In this document: one piece after another, positions 52,413-63,709 of the stretch
Position numbering within the stretch: position 1 is the stretch's first letter
Layout of the letters: every line of letters begins with the position of its first letter
Origin: a bacterium
Lineage (GTDB): Bacteria; UBA8248
DNA length: 64,000 bases
Reading direction: 5' to 3'
Assembly (NCBI GenBank): GCA_965202625.1
Contig: CBDBBI010000010.1
Span: forward strand, 1,216,001-1,280,000
The notes under the pieces: model-generated
Database searches by the model: none
Told to the model about the DNA's origin: nothing
The model's input: the letters and a program-made list of their open reading frames with translations, nothing else
Program-made: the position numbers and the translations under genes

Positions 52413-53756
52413 ATGGACTGCAACTGCTGGCTCCAGTGCATCAACCCTGAGTGCGAGGCGACCTATTCGATTTTCGATTCCATCTATCAGTGCCGCGAAT
52501 GCGAGAGCCTTTTCGAGGTTACGCACGACCTGGAAACCCTGCGAATGCGAAGCGCGTCCGAGTGGCGTCATCTTTTCGACGATCGCTACCAGCGCAACAC
52601 GTGGCCTTACGGCAGCGGCGTCTGGGGAAAAAAGGAGTGGGTTTGCCCGCTGATAGAGGATGAGAACATCATCTCGTTCTACGAGGGCGGGACGAACCTC
52701 TTCTGGGCGAACCGCCTGGGTCGGGAACTCGGGATCGGAGAGTTGTGGATAAAGCAGTGCGGGAACAGTCACACGGGCTCCTTCAAGGATCTCGGCATGA
52801 CGGTCCTCGTATCCGTCGCCCAGCAAATGATGGCCGACGGAAAAAAGCTGCGCGCCCTCGCCTGTGCGTCGACGGGCGATACTTCCGCCGCACTGGCCGC
52901 ATACGCCGCGGCAGCCGACATTCCCGCACTCGTCTTTCTACCACGAGAGAAGGTGTCGGTGGCCCAACTCATCCAGCCCATTGCGAACGGCGCCATCGTG
53001 ATGGCCATCGACGCCGACTTCGACGGCTGCATGCGCATCGTGAGGCAAGTGTGCGAGGAACAGGGGATATATCTCGCCAACAGCATGAACTCGCTGCGCA
53101 TCGAAGGCCAAAAAACCATCAGCATCGAGCTCACCCAGCAGCTCGACTGGGAGGTTCCTGATTTAATCATCATTCCCGGTGGAAACCTCGGAAACGTGAG
53201 TGCCCTGGGCAAAGGCTTCATGCAGATGCGCGACCTGGGGCTGATCGAAAAGCTGCCCCGCATCGTTTGCGCCCAAGCGGAAAAGGCGAATCCCCTATAC
53301 AGAAGTTTTATGACGGGCTTCCAGGAATTTCAGCCCATAGACGCCGAGGCGACGCTGGCTACAGCGATTCAGATCGGGAACCCGGTAAGCCTTGAGAGAG
53401 CGATCAGAACCCTGAAGGCGTTCAATGGCTCCGTCGAGCAGGCGAGCGAGGAGGAATTGTCCAACGCCGCCGCGCGCGCGGACAGTACCGGAATGTATAA
53501 CTGCCCCCAAACGGGCGTGGCGTTGGCCGCTCTTGAGAAAATCATCGCCCGGGGAGAAGTGACGCCGCAAGACCGGGTCGTGGTCATCTCCACGGCGCAT
53601 GGGCTGAAGTTCACCGAATTCAAGGTCAAATACCACCAAAAGGAAATTCCGGGCATTGAGAGCCGGTTCGCCAACGCGCCCATCGAGCTTCCAGAGGATA
53701 TCAACGCGGTTCAAGACGCCATCGAGGAGAAGCTCGAGGCGTTGTCCGTGAAGTGA
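52413..53756 (+). CDS. thrC: Threonine synthase
   Basis: [47 protein letters not shown]. Confidence 0.95.
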   Translation: MDCNCWLQCINPECEATYSIFDSIYQCRECESLFEVTHDLETLRMRSASEWRHLFDDRYQRNTWPYGSGVWGKKEWVCPLIEDENIISFYEGGTNLFWANRLGRELGIGELWIKQCGNSHTGSFKDLGMTVLVSVAQQMMADGKKLRALACASTGDTSAALAAYAAAADIPALVFLPREKVSVAQLIQPIANGAIVMAIDADFDGCMRIVRQVCEEQGIYLANSMNSLRIEGQKTISIELTQQLDWEVPDLIIIPGGNLGNVSALGKGFMQMRDLGLIEKLPRIVCAQAEKANPLYRSFMTGFQEFQPIDAEATLATAIQIGNPVSLERAIRTLKAFNGSVEQASEEELSNAAARADSTGMYNCPQTGVALAALEKIIARGEVTPQDRVVVISTAHGLKFTEFKVKYHQKEIPGIESRFANAPIELPEDINAVQDAIEEKLEALSVK

Positions 53757-53799
53757 CGGCTCTCATTCCCCCCATCCATGAAACGGGAGATGCGCCGCG

Positions 53800-54954
53800 T
53801 TGCCTAAAAACATGAGGAGAGACGAGCGACGGCAGGCGAAAAACGCGCTTGCACCGCCCATTTTCCAAACCGCAACTTTCACCTTTGACAGCACGGACGA
53901 TCTGGAAGCCTTTCACGCAGGGCAGAAGGACGCCTTTCTCTACTCGAGGTTTGGAAACCCAACAAACGAATCCGCCGAACGCCGACTCGCCCTCATGGAA
54001 GGCGCGCAAGCCTCTCTGCTGTATTCCAGCGGCATGGCGGCAATCGCCTCCGTGTTTCTCTCCCTCCTCGCACCGGGGGCGCGCATCGCCGTCGCTCGAG
54101 AATCCTATCGACACACGAGGGACGTCCTGGAGGGCCTCATTTCACGGTATGGCGTCCTCGTCGACGTTTCGCCGGACAACTCGGCAGAATCCCTGAAAGC
54201 ACTCCCCCACGAACGGGTGCGGGTGTTGTTCGCAGAAATTCCCTCCAACCCCACGCTGCGCATACCGGACGTCGAGAAAATGGCCGAATGGGCGCGAGAG
54301 AGAAAGGCCAGATTCGTCGTGGACGCCACCACCGCGTCTCCCGCGCTGTTTCGCCCGCTGGCACACGGGGCGGACTTGGCCATCCAAAGCGCGACGAAAT
54401 ACATCGGCGGGCACAACGACGTCGTCGCAGGCGCGGCGTCGGGCGGTTCCGACATGGTGGACGCGCTGCGCGAGCAACAGGTCTTGCTGGGCTCCATCCT
54501 CGGGCCGCAGGAGGCGTTTTTGGTTGAACGCGGCCTGAAAACGCTCGAGCTGCGCGTCCGGCGCATGAGCGACACCGCCCTCAAACTCGCTGAATTTCTA
54601 TCGGGGCACCGCAAAGTGTCCCGCGTCCACTACCCAGGTCTTGCATCTCATCCGGATCACGCGCAAGCCGTCAGATACATGGACGCTTTTGGCGGGCTGA
54701 TGAGTTTTGAACTCGATGGCGACCCTGAGAAGGCCGACAACCTCGTGAACTCTCTCCAAATTCCCGTATTCGCCGCCGGCTTCGGCGGCACGGAGAGCCA
54801 GATAGAGCATCACGTCAACATGGCGTATGCCGACATCGGGAGGGAGAGCGCGAGAGGTCGAGGCGTTTCAGCGGGATTGATTCGATACTCAACGGGGCTT
54901 GAGGACTTCGAGGTCTTAAGAGACGACCTCGCCGAGGGGTTGGAAAAGATATGA
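53800..54954 (+). CDS. Cys/Met-metabolism PLP enzyme (cystathionine gamma-synthase/lyase family)
   Basis: PPIFQT, YSRFGNPT, SSGMAAI, SATKYIGGHND, YPGL, RYSTGLED. Confidence 0.92.
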   Translation: MPKNMRRDERRQAKNALAPPIFQTATFTFDSTDDLEAFHAGQKDAFLYSRFGNPTNESAERRLALMEGAQASLLYSSGMAAIASVFLSLLAPGARIAVARESYRHTRDVLEGLISRYGVLVDVSPDNSAESLKALPHERVRVLFAEIPSNPTLRIPDVEKMAEWARERKARFVVDATTASPALFRPLAHGADLAIQSATKYIGGHNDVVAGAASGGSDMVDALREQQVLLGSILGPQEAFLVERGLKTLELRVRRMSDTALKLAEFLSGHRKVSRVHYPGLASHPDHAQAVRYMDAFGGLMSFELDGDPEKADNLVNSLQIPVFAAGFGGTESQIEHHVNMAYADIGRESARGRGVSAGLIRYSTGLEDFEVLRDDLAEGLEKI

Positions 54955-54974
54955 GGGCATGGATCAAATTTTGC

Positions 54975-55583
54975 CGCGCATACGCTCGGTTGCCTGATCC
55001 GTCAGCCAGCGGGTGCGTATCCACATTTCTTTCCCCTCCCAGCACCCCGATTTGCACCCGAACCCTGGTGAAGCCACCTCTGTCGCCGGAGATGACGGCG
55101 AGGCACGTGCCGGGCTTCAGCCTATACGGATAAAGAAAACCGCGCGGCTCCCTGTATCCGCCCGCATAATGGAGCGGCAACCCCCGATACGTGCGGCGCA
55201 CGCACATCGTCCCCGCGCGCGTTTTTTCTTTGTTGGCATCGGCGGGCTTGCTGGCCAACTTCTTCTCAGGAGCCTGCTTTTTAGCGAGGGGAGAGACTCC
55301 ATCGCTTTCGCCTTCCGTCTCCCTCTCTCTTCCCTATGGTTGCTATCATGTCTTGAATCTGCAATTTGAATTCGCTTAACGACCTGCCATGGTCGCCAGA
55401 ATCTGCGTGTGCGCGAGAAGCTGACTGCGAACGACGTGAATCTCCTTTTGGGTTCGCTCTCGCTCCCTCTCGTATTCCGCTTGCGTCACCACCAGGCCGC
55501 AACCGCAGAGCGACGCCATGCACCCACAATGTGGGGCGCGCTTCATGCAGCCGTTGGATCCGCAAGGCGCCTTTTCGGCTCAT
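54975..55583 (-). pseudogene. Multiply frameshifted lipoprotein (coiled coil + SH3-like C-terminus)
   Basis: Fragments in successive frames: LCGCGLVVTQAEYERERERTQKEI..., SLSEFKLQIQDMI..., RLKPGTCLAVISGDRGGFTRVRV..., GKEMWIRTRWL...*. Confidence 0.45.
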
Positions 55584-56416
55584 ACGGGATACCATCCCTC
55601 AATAGGTGGCATCACCACCAATTCGCTTTGCAATTCGACGACTCCGGCGTATCCCTCAGCGATCGATTCGGCCAACTCCTTCTCCTCATCGCTATTCACG
55701 CGCCCATGCAAAAGCAATTTGCCAGGCTGGAGACAATCCACGACGACGCCGCTCGCGTCAATGCGTTCATCCGTCATGATCGTCGCCTTGATCTTCTGCG
55801 CAAAAGCCAGATTCTGGAGTTTTTGGGATCGCGATGGTTGAAGTTGCGAGAAATCTTCATTTTTCAACGCCTTCACCAGCAAACGCACCACCATATCCTC
55901 ATCAAACAAGCCCGTGTTCAATATGACGTCGAAATAACTCGGGTCTCCCCATCGGACATCGAAAAAATGGCGCGTATACGCCATTCTCTGGTGATCGTTA
56001 TGCTGAATGAACTGCTCCGCCAGTGCGGAGGCGATGCCCTCGTTCCGCATGATCGCGCGCTTGCGATAATCCTGGGGTGCCACGATGCGCACTCGAAACA
56101 CGCCCTCAATTCCCTGCAAGAGGATATGGGAGCCTCGGCCCAGTATGACGAAGTTGCTCTTCAAGGCCGATTCATACACGATGGCGCGCATGATATCGAG
56201 ATATACGAGCTGCCTGTCCCGAAAAAAGCGATCTATCAAGCCGGGCTTTCTCTCGTCCACCTGCTCCAGCTCGGCCCGAACGTAGCCATAAGATTGCGCG
56301 GCGTCTGCGAATCCATCGTTGTCCAGGAGCGACCACCCCAACTCTTCGGCCACTCTCTTGCCAATCACATCACCACCGCTTCCCAGCTCCCTTGAGATCG
56401 TCAGAATGCCCATCAT
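55580..56416 (-). CDS. Cytidylate kinase-like (Cytidylate_kin2) protein with a C-terminal BON domain
   Basis: ILTISRELGSGG, VILGRG, RVRIVAP, FDVILNT; BON-like LLLHGRV...AESIA...GVVELQSEL. Confidence 0.85.
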   Translation of the reverse strand: MMGILTISRELGSGGDVIGKRVAEELGWSLLDNDGFADAAQSYGYVRAELEQVDERKPGLIDRFFRDRQLVYLDIMRAIVYESALKSNFVILGRGSHILLQGIEGVFRVRIVAPQDYRKRAIMRNEGIASALAEQFIQHNDHQRMAYTRHFFDVRWGDPSYFDVILNTGLFDEDMVVRLLVKALKNEDFSQLQPSRSQKLQNLAFAQKIKATIMTDERIDASGVVVDCLQPGKLLLHGRVNSDEEKELAESIAEGYAGVVELQSELVVMPPIEGWYPV

Positions 56417-56548
56417 CAGCCCTCCAGGCTAAGAGTGGCGACCACGAAGCGGGCGGGATGAGGCGCGGCGACTGCCACCTCCCTCCAGAACGCTCCTTCA
56501 CGACTATCACTCAGCGACTTTGCCACGCCGAACTACGGCTCACAACCA

Positions 56549-57002
56549 TCAGGACGACATCAGAACAGACGCCAACTCGATCGCCTCGGCCATCATTTGC
56601 GACGCGCCCTCCTGAGCCGTTCTCACCTCAAAATAGAGATTTTCGGGCTCCAATTCAATCGCCCTCTGCATCATGGGAACCGATTTCGCCCGTCCTCCGC
56701 TCCCGTGATGCAACCCGGCAAGGGCACCCCGATACGCCGGCGCATCTCGGCGTCGTTCGCGTCCCATTCACCCGCTCTTCGATAGAGGAGAATCGCCTCT
56801 TTGCCCAGGACCTTGGATTCGAGAAGCGCGCCAGTCCGTCTATAGCAGTCCGTCTATAGAAGGAGGAATACAACTGCGGGTGGAAAATACGCGCGTTTAT
56901 ATGGCACAGGGCTTTCTCCAGAAAAGCGTCAGCGACAAATCCTCAGCGAGACAGCCTCAGCCACATCCTATCAAAACGCTCAAAACCCAAGCCAATTCGC
57001 AT
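56549..57002 (-). pseudogene. Degraded TPR-containing protein
   Basis: EAILLYRRAGEWDANDAEMR and MQRAIELEPENLYF (TPR-like) lie in different frames; no continuous ORF. Confidence 0.45.
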
Positions 57003-57008
57003 TTCGCG

Positions 57009-58319
57009 TCAAGATCGCTCCGCCATCACGTGAAACCAGAAAACTTCCTGTCCCCACCCATCGCCGAGGATGAGACGATCCTGCCCGGCCGGTGCCAGCC
57101 ACGCTCTGCGGGGGGCACCCCGGGCCACGTCCTTGTGGGTGAGGGCAGGATTCTCGCCGCCTCGGAGAAGTCCGAGTCTCGTGTAGGCCGCCTTGATCGC
57201 CGTCTCGGCGGAAAAAGCCTTTGGGCGAGACACGAAATACACCCGATAGGTTTGTGATTCGCCTCGGAGTCTTATCGTGAAATAAGAGTTCGCATCGGGT
57301 CGCAACAAGGTCGCTCCCCCTCGCCTTGCGCTCGATCCCAGAACCTGAGAGACCCTCCCGCGTCTATCAATCGAAAACCCATATACATACAAAGGCGCGT
57401 GGACCCGCAACCTTCCGAGAACGAGCGCGTCCGGACGCAGCGTCTCCCCGCCGTAGAGTCTTCTTCTAGTCCCCTCCCTGTCCATTTCCTCGACGTAAGC
57501 CTCAAAAGAGGGATTTCCCCATGACTTTGGGCGCACGGGCTTTTTTCGGGGGCGGGGAGGCATCCTCTTCGTCAGCCATTTTCGGGGAATCGAGCGAACC
57601 GGCAACGCCCCTCTGGCGTAGGCGAGATATGGGCGAGACAATTTTTGGCGAATCGGCTCTCCGAAAATGTCCTCCGCCCCTCGCCTGTAATCCTCAGAGA
57701 AAGCGGGCGCGTTCTGCACGATTGAAGCCCATATCCGAATGCGATTCTCCCCCAGGGCGTACCCGCCATATATCGCCGCCTCCGCCCCCAGCATCGAGGC
57801 AGCATATACCGCCGAATCCTCCCCATATGGGCCTGCGCGCACCTTTGGCCACAAGCCCTCCAAAGGATGATCGGCGTCGAGTGCCCGCGCGGAGGAACGC
57901 CTCGTTTCAACGGCGTCATTCCGCCCCCCGAAACGCTGCGCTCCACGGGTGAAGAACGCCTCCTGCCACCGCACGCTCGTCTCCCGGTCAACGACGTGAA
58001 AAACGTCCGAAGCGCCCAGCAAGCGCCGGAGCACCCGTTCCAACCGAAGGCTCAAGTGCGTTCGCGCACCCGAGTGCGCCTCTGAGAACGTGGCAAGAAC
58101 CACGCGCAACGGTTCATCCTTCTCACCATATCTCGGAGGTTTTCGATATTCGCCGTCTTTCAGCGACACCGCCAGCGCGTCAATCAGCCCTTGCGCCGCC
58201 TTCTCCAGCACAGTATGACGCTCTCCGGCGTCGCGCCAGGGGATGGGTTCGTATCGGGGGGCGCAAGAGGTCACCAAAAGCACGGAGAGGAGGAGGAAAA
58301 ACCTGAGCGACCGATACAC
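57009..58319 (-). CDS. Hypothetical lipoprotein
   Basis: LLVTSC lipobox; N-terminal CsgG/FlgO-like alpha/beta region (FHVVDRE); follows kdsA on the same strand. Confidence 0.7.
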   Translation of the reverse strand: MYRSLRFFLLLSVLLVTSCAPRYEPIPWRDAGERHTVLEKAAQGLIDALAVSLKDGEYRKPPRYGEKDEPLRVVLATFSEAHSGARTHLSLRLERVLRRLLGASDVFHVVDRETSVRWQEAFFTRGAQRFGGRNDAVETRRSSARALDADHPLEGLWPKVRAGPYGEDSAVYAASMLGAEAAIYGGYALGENRIRIWASIVQNAPAFSEDYRRGAEDIFGEPIRQKLSRPYLAYARGALPVRSIPRKWLTKRMPPRPRKKPVRPKSWGNPSFEAYVEEMDREGTRRRLYGGETLRPDALVLGRLRVHAPLYVYGFSIDRRGRVSQVLGSSARRGGATLLRPDANSYFTIRLRGESQTYRVYFVSRPKAFSAETAIKAAYTRLGLLRGGENPALTHKDVARGAPRRAWLAPAGQDRLILGDGWGQEVFWFHVMAERS

Positions 58320-58330
58320 TTCCCAGAATC

Positions 58331-59161
58331 CTACCGGGAGTCGAGGCGCGCCGCGTTGATTGCGCGCAAAGAAGCGAGAAGGGAATCCAGCTCGGCGACG
58401 TCTATCATGTTGGGGCCATCGGAGAGCGCCTCATCGGGCTTGGGGTGGCATTCGAGAAAAAACCCGTCCACGCCCACGCCGGCCGCCGCGCGCGCGAGAT
58501 AGGGAACCATGCGCCTGTCCCCGCCTGAGCTTTCGCCAAGCCCACCCGGTGCCTGCACGCTGTGCGTCGCGTCGAAAACGACCGGATACCCAGCCTCGCG
58601 CATCTTCACGAGCGCGCGCATGTCGCTGACCAGGTTGTGATAGCCGAAACTCGTCCCTCTTTCAGTAAGAAGTATCTGCCGACAACCCGCGTCTTCGAGT
58701 TTTCCCACCACGTTTTTCATGTCCTCAGGCGCCATGAACTGCCCCTTTTTCACGTTGACGGGCTTTCCGGTTCGTCCCGCCGCGTGAAGGAGGTCTGTCT
58801 GGCGACATAAAAAAGCCGGAATCTGAACGGCGTCCAGCACGCAGGCCGCCCGTTCGGCCTCCTCCGGGCTATGGACGTCCGACATCACCGGAAGGCCGGT
58901 TTCCTCTCTCACCATCTCGAGCGTCCTCAAACCCTCATCAATGCCGGGTCCTCGGGGAGAACGCCCGGAGCTTCGGTTCGCCTTGTCATAGGAGGCCTTG
59001 AAAACCCCGCCCACGCCGCATTCGTCGGTCGCTTTTTTGACTGCCTCCGCACATTTTCTCGTCAACTCAGCGCTCTCGAGCAGACAAGGCCCCGCGATGA
59101 CGCATATCGCGCCTTCCTCCCCAAAGGCCACGTCTCCAATTTCCACTATTTTTCGCGACAT
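58331..59161 (-). CDS. kdsA: KDO8P synthase
   Basis: IAGPC, KASYDKANRSS, QIPAFLCRQT, KKGQF, FDATHSVQ. Confidence 0.98.
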   Translation of the reverse strand: MSRKIVEIGDVAFGEEGAICVIAGPCLLESAELTRKCAEAVKKATDECGVGGVFKASYDKANRSSGRSPRGPGIDEGLRTLEMVREETGLPVMSDVHSPEEAERAACVLDAVQIPAFLCRQTDLLHAAGRTGKPVNVKKGQFMAPEDMKNVVGKLEDAGCRQILLTERGTSFGYHNLVSDMRALVKMREAGYPVVFDATHSVQAPGGLGESSGGDRRMVPYLARAAAGVGVDGFFLECHPKPDEALSDGPNMIDVAELDSLLASLRAINAARLDSR

Positions 59162-59209
59162 ATCCGCATCTTTTTCCGGCGACGCTCCCTCAAACACGAG
59201 ACGAACACT

Positions 59210-60820
59210 CTAATCGAACAACTCCCCGTTCGCTTTCTTCGCGGCGGCGATGAACCCGCGAAACAAGGGATGCGGCGCGTAGGGCGTGCTCTTGAATTCA
59301 GGGTGAAACTGGCACCCGATGAAGTAAGGGTGTTCGGGCAACTCTATGACCTCGACGAGACGCTCATCCGGCGAGAGGCCGCTGAAGCGAAGTCCGTTCT
59401 CCTCCAAAGACTTCCGGTAGAGGTTGTTCAGCTCATACCTATGGCGGTGCCGCTCCTGGAAATGTGGTGCCCCATCATACATTTCCGAAGCTAGGGAGTT
59501 GGGCCGCAAAACCCCCGAATAGGCGCCCAGCCGCATCGTTCCCCCCATGTCCACCCCCTTCTGGTCCGACATGAGGGCCACGACAGGATGGGGTGTATCA
59601 TGCGCGAACTCCGCGCTGTTCGCAGCCCCCAGTCCACAGACGTTTCTCGAATACTCTACGATCGCGCATTGCATCCCCAAGCAAATGCCGAGGAAGGGAA
59701 CCAGCCGCTCCCGCGCATACTTCACGGCAGCGATCTTCCCCTCTATTCCCCGCTCGCCGAACCCTCCGGGTATGAGAATTCCATGCGCATGAGACAGCAG
59801 AGACGCACTCCCCCGCCGCTCTATCTCCTCGCTGTCCACGTAATGCAGATTCACCTGAACGTCGTTTCCAAAACCCGCGTGGGTCAAGGCTTCGGACAAC
59901 GATTTGTACGACTCCTTGAGGTCCACGTATTTCCCGACGATGGCAACGTTGCTATTGATTTTCGGTTCCTTCTCCTTGCGTACAATTTCCTCCCAAACGC
60001 GCAGGTTGGGTGCGCGCGCGTTCTCAAGTCCCAGCAAATCCACCAAAATCCCGTCCAGCCCCTCCTCGTTGAATTTTAAGGGCACCTCATAGACGCAATT
60101 CACGTCGATCGCCGTGATCACCGCACTGGGCGGCACGTTGCAAAACAGGGAAATTTTGCGCTTCACGTCCTCCGCCAGGGGCATCTGCGTTCTGCATAAG
60201 AGGATGTCTGGCTGAATCCCGATCTCCCGGAGCTTCATGACGGAGTGCTGGGTCGGCTTGGTTTTCAACTCCTCGGAGGTTTTGACATACGGCACGAGGG
60301 TTACGTGGACATGGATGACGCTCCCCGGCTCGTTGTCGAAGCGAAACTGGCGAATCGCCTCAAGGAAGGGGAGACTTTCGATGTCGCCCACCGTTCCTCC
60401 GATCTCGCAAATCACGACGTCCTCGCCATTGTCCACCTGGCGGATGCAGCGCTTGATCTCATCCGTGATATGGGGAATCACCTGGACGGTTCCGCCCAGG
60501 TAGCCGCCCACGCGCTCTTTCGTGATCACGTTGTAATAGATGCGGCCGGCAGTGTAGTTGTTTTCCTTCCTCATGCGCGCGTGGGTGAAACGCTCGTAGT
60601 GGCCCAAGTCGAGGTCCGTCTCGGCGCCGTCGTCGGTCACGAATACCTCCCCGTGCTGGAAGGGACTCATCGTTCCCGGATCGATGTTCAGATAGGGGTC
60701 TAGCTTCTGGAGGTTCACGCGTAAACCACGGGCCTCAAGGAGCGCGCCGATGGACGCGGAAGCAAGACCCTTTCCCAGAGAGCTCAGGACGCCTCCCGTC
60801 ACAAAGACATATTTGGCCAC
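59210..60820 (-). CDS. pyrG: CTP synthase
   Basis: [40 protein letters not shown]. Confidence 0.99.
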   Translation of the reverse strand: MAKYVFVTGGVLSSLGKGLASASIGALLEARGLRVNLQKLDPYLNIDPGTMSPFQHGEVFVTDDGAETDLDLGHYERFTHARMRKENNYTAGRIYYNVITKERVGGYLGGTVQVIPHITDEIKRCIRQVDNGEDVVICEIGGTVGDIESLPFLEAIRQFRFDNEPGSVIHVHVTLVPYVKTSEELKTKPTQHSVMKLREIGIQPDILLCRTQMPLAEDVKRKISLFCNVPPSAVITAIDVNCVYEVPLKFNEEGLDGILVDLLGLENARAPNLRVWEEIVRKEKEPKINSNVAIVGKYVDLKESYKSLSEALTHAGFGNDVQVNLHYVDSEEIERRGSASLLSHAHGILIPGGFGERGIEGKIAAVKYARERLVPFLGICLGMQCAIVEYSRNVCGLGAANSAEFAHDTPHPVVALMSDQKGVDMGGTMRLGAYSGVLRPNSLASEMYDGAPHFQERHRHRYELNNLYRKSLEENGLRFSGLSPDERLVEVIELPEHPYFIGCQFHPEFKSTPYAPHPLFRGFIAAAKKANGELFD

Positions 60821-61638
60821 CTACCCTTCTCCTCCTCAAGCGCGCCGCGCGTCGCCCCATCTCTCAGAAGACGCTCCCGATCTCGGGGCGCGTCCACCCC
60901 TACCACGTCTCTCGCTATTTCCACGACGCAAATAGCAGTGCCGTCCTCGAGCGCGCGCAGCTGCTCCAAACGCTCCAACCTCTCCAGCGGAGTGGGCCGC
61001 AAACGCGCGAATCGCAACAGGCTCTCCTTTCTGTAAGCGTAGAACCCGACGTGCTTCAACGGCTTGGGAGAAACTTCCTCCCATTTTTCGGCGATTTTCT
61101 CATACGCCCTCCCCTCGCCCAAGAGAACGTCCCTCGGGTAGGGCACGGGGGCGCGAGAAAAATGCAACGCATCACCATCCCCGCCTCTGATCACCTTCAC
61201 CACGTTGGGGTCCAGAAATCCCTCCAGCGAGTCGAGCCTCACTGCCAGCGTCGACATCTCCAAGCGACCTTCCTTAACCAAAGGCCGAACGCCGGCGTCA
61301 ATGTCGTCCGGATGAATGAGGGGTTCGTCACCCTGGACGTTCACGATCACGTCCGCGTCTTCCTCGACGGCGACCTCGGCCACCCTGTCGGTACCGCTGG
61401 GGTGATCGCCGCGAGTCATCCTCACCCTTCCACCAAATCCGCGCACCGCATCCGCGATTCGCGCATCATCGGTGGCGACTAGGACGGAATCCACCAACGC
61501 CGCCCTTGAAGCGCGCCTATAGACGTATTCAACCATGGGACGCCCGCACAAAGAAGCTAGGGGCTTTCCCGGATACCGCGTGGAGGCCCACCGGGCGGGT
61601 ATGACGACGAGGACCCGACCGCCTCTCATTCTCGCCAC
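60799..61638 (-). CDS. kdsB: CMP-KDO synthetase
   Basis: [39 protein letters not shown]. Confidence 0.97.
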   Translation of the reverse strand: MARMRGGRVLVVIPARWASTRYPGKPLASLCGRPMVEYVYRRASRAALVDSVLVATDDARIADAVRGFGGRVRMTRGDHPSGTDRVAEVAVEEDADVIVNVQGDEPLIHPDDIDAGVRPLVKEGRLEMSTLAVRLDSLEGFLDPNVVKVIRGGDGDALHFSRAPVPYPRDVLLGEGRAYEKIAEKWEEVSPKPLKHVGFYAYRKESLLRFARLRPTPLERLERLEQLRALEDGTAICVVEIARDVVGVDAPRDRERLLRDGATRGALEEEKGRWPNMSL

Positions 61639-61650
61639 CCACGAGGCAGC

Positions 61651-62423
61651 CTAATACGCATTTTTGTTCATCAGCCCCTGCCAGATAGTGAGCCACAAGA
61701 TTTTGACGTCAAAGCCAAAAGACCAATTCTCGATATAATGCAAGTCAAACTCGACTCTTTTCTCTATTGGAGTGTTCCCACGCCACCCATTCACCTGCAC
61801 CCAAACCGTCATTCCGGCTTTCATCTTGTGGCACAGCATGCAGCCGGGCACGAATTCCCTGAACTGCTCGACGAAGACCGGGCGTTCGGGCGGGTACCCA
61901 CCAAGCTCATCTCACCGCGCAGCACGTTGAACAGTTGCGGCAATTCATCAAGGCCCGTCTTTCTGAGGAGTGCGCCAAACGCCGTGCGCCGCTCATCGTC
62001 CTCTCGCACCCAAACCGCTTCCGATTCCTCCGCCGCATCCTCCTTCATAGAGCGAAACTTGTACATTCGAAATCGAACGCCGTCCAGGCCCATTCTCTCC
62101 TGCCCATAAAGGACGGGACCCAGGCTCGTCCACTTCACGATGAGCGCGAGGGCTCCCAGAGACATATGATTTCCTGGACGCTCCTAAGACGGGACCGGTG
62201 ATAGTAGATAGTAGAGATGCGAGATTCTCGAACCGATGAGCCAGGCGATGAGAATCAAGGGAAGCAAAAAAAGATAAAGGCTAAAATAGGGATACCCGCG
62301 CAGAATAGGAATGACGCCCGAGTCGAAGCGCAGCCAGTATGCAGCGATCCATGCGAGGGTGAGCGCGACGATGTGCCCCAGAAAAAAAAGGAGCACGTTG
62401 AGATGTCCATATTTTCTCAGCAC
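61651..62423 (-). pseudogene. WcaJ-like undecaprenyl-phosphate sugar-1-phosphate transferase, internally deleted and frameshifted
   Basis: N-terminal TM part (AYWLRF) ends at 62184. The catalytic part (QERMG, KFRSM, DELPQLFNVLRGEMSLVG, QVNGWRG, DLHYIENWS) is split over two frames and the central region is missing. Confidence 0.85.
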
Positions 62424-62502
62424 GATTCCGCGCTCCTCATCACATCCGGCCAACGTGTCCAGTGAAAGACGCTCTCTGGTGGGCGCGTTTTCTCCGCATC
62501 GT

Positions 62503-63699
62503 TCAGTATCCCTCCTGAGATCTGGCCAGTCGCTCCTGGTGATTCTGCCAGCCGCATCGAAAACGCTCCTTCGCCGCTTTCTTGAAATTCTCGCGAGCGA
62601 ACCGCTCCGCTTGCCTGCGCGCGGCCTTCGGGGAAAACACGTGCTCGATTTTCTCGAACGCCAGGACCGCCTCCGCGATGTGGGTAGGATCCGATTCGGC
62701 GAAAAAAATTCCCGTGGGCTCCGCTTCCCCATCCCCTTCCCAGGGAGTAAAACCTGGCGGCGCCTGATATGCGTCGGCATTCACGCCCACGACGGTCTCG
62801 AGCGCGTAGCCCGCTCCTAAAGCGAGAACCGGGCGACCGCAAGCCTGCGCCTCGAGCGGGGCGATTCCAAAGTCCTCCTCTCCCGTAAAGACGAAGGCGC
62901 GGCACCCCTCATAAAGCTCCCGTATGGTTTCATCGTCCTGCCAGCCTAGGAATTCCACGTTGGACTCTCCCAACGCGCGCACGCGCTCAAAATCCTGGCC
63001 CGTTCCCACTACCTTGAGCGGACGACCAAGCCGGCCAAACGCCTCCACCGCCGCGGCCACGCGCTTGTAGGGCGCAAACGCAGTGACCATGAGATAATAG
63101 TCCGAGATGCGTTCCCCTTTCGACCGATAGAACTCGACGTCCACCGGCGGATAGAGCACGTCCGCCGCCCTCCCATAATATCGACGAATGCGCTCCGCCA
63201 CCGTATGACTATTAGCGATGAACTCGTGCACCCCCTTGTTCGCCTCGTTGTCCCACCTGCGCAGATATTCGACGAGGGGAGGAAAAAGCCATTTGGCCGC
63301 ACCATCGAGGCCTGCGCGATATTCCTCATACGCGCTCCAGGCGTAGCGCATCGGCGTATGACAATAGCTGAGGTGGCAGGTCTCGTGGCCTCCCCTCACC
63401 CCCTTCGCGACGCAATGCGAACTGGAGAGGATGAAATCGTACTCCCCAAGCGGGAGCATCCTCACAGCCGTCGGCATCAAGGGAAGCATGCGCCGATAGT
63501 GGCGCTCGACGCCGGGAATCCACTGCAAGGGACTGGCGTGGATACGATGTCGCTCAATGGTCTCCGAAACCGCGCCCGGCAGGTGAAGCAGGGTGAAAAT
63601 ATCGGCTTCTGGATATATTTCGCAAAACGCCTCAAGACATTTCTCCCCGCCTCTCATCCCCGTGAGCCAATCGTGCACGATCGCTATCCGCATGTGCAT
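62503..63699 (-). CDS. Glycosyltransferase family 4 (WbaZ-like)
   Basis: HDWLTGMRGGEK, YCHTPMRYAW, EDFGIAPLEAQACGRPV. Confidence 0.93.
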   Translation of the reverse strand: MHMRIAIVHDWLTGMRGGEKCLEAFCEIYPEADIFTLLHLPGAVSETIERHRIHASPLQWIPGVERHYRRMLPLMPTAVRMLPLGEYDFILSSSHCVAKGVRGGHETCHLSYCHTPMRYAWSAYEEYRAGLDGAAKWLFPPLVEYLRRWDNEANKGVHEFIANSHTVAERIRRYYGRAADVLYPPVDVEFYRSKGERISDYYLMVTAFAPYKRVAAAVEAFGRLGRPLKVVGTGQDFERVRALGESNVEFLGWQDDETIRELYEGCRAFVFTGEEDFGIAPLEAQACGRPVLALGAGYALETVVGVNADAYQAPPGFTPWEGDGEAEPTGIFFAESDPTHIAEAVLAFEKIEHVFSPKAARRQAERFARENFKKAAKERFRCGWQNHQERLARSQEGY

Positions 63700-63709
63700 C
63701 CTCTCGGTT

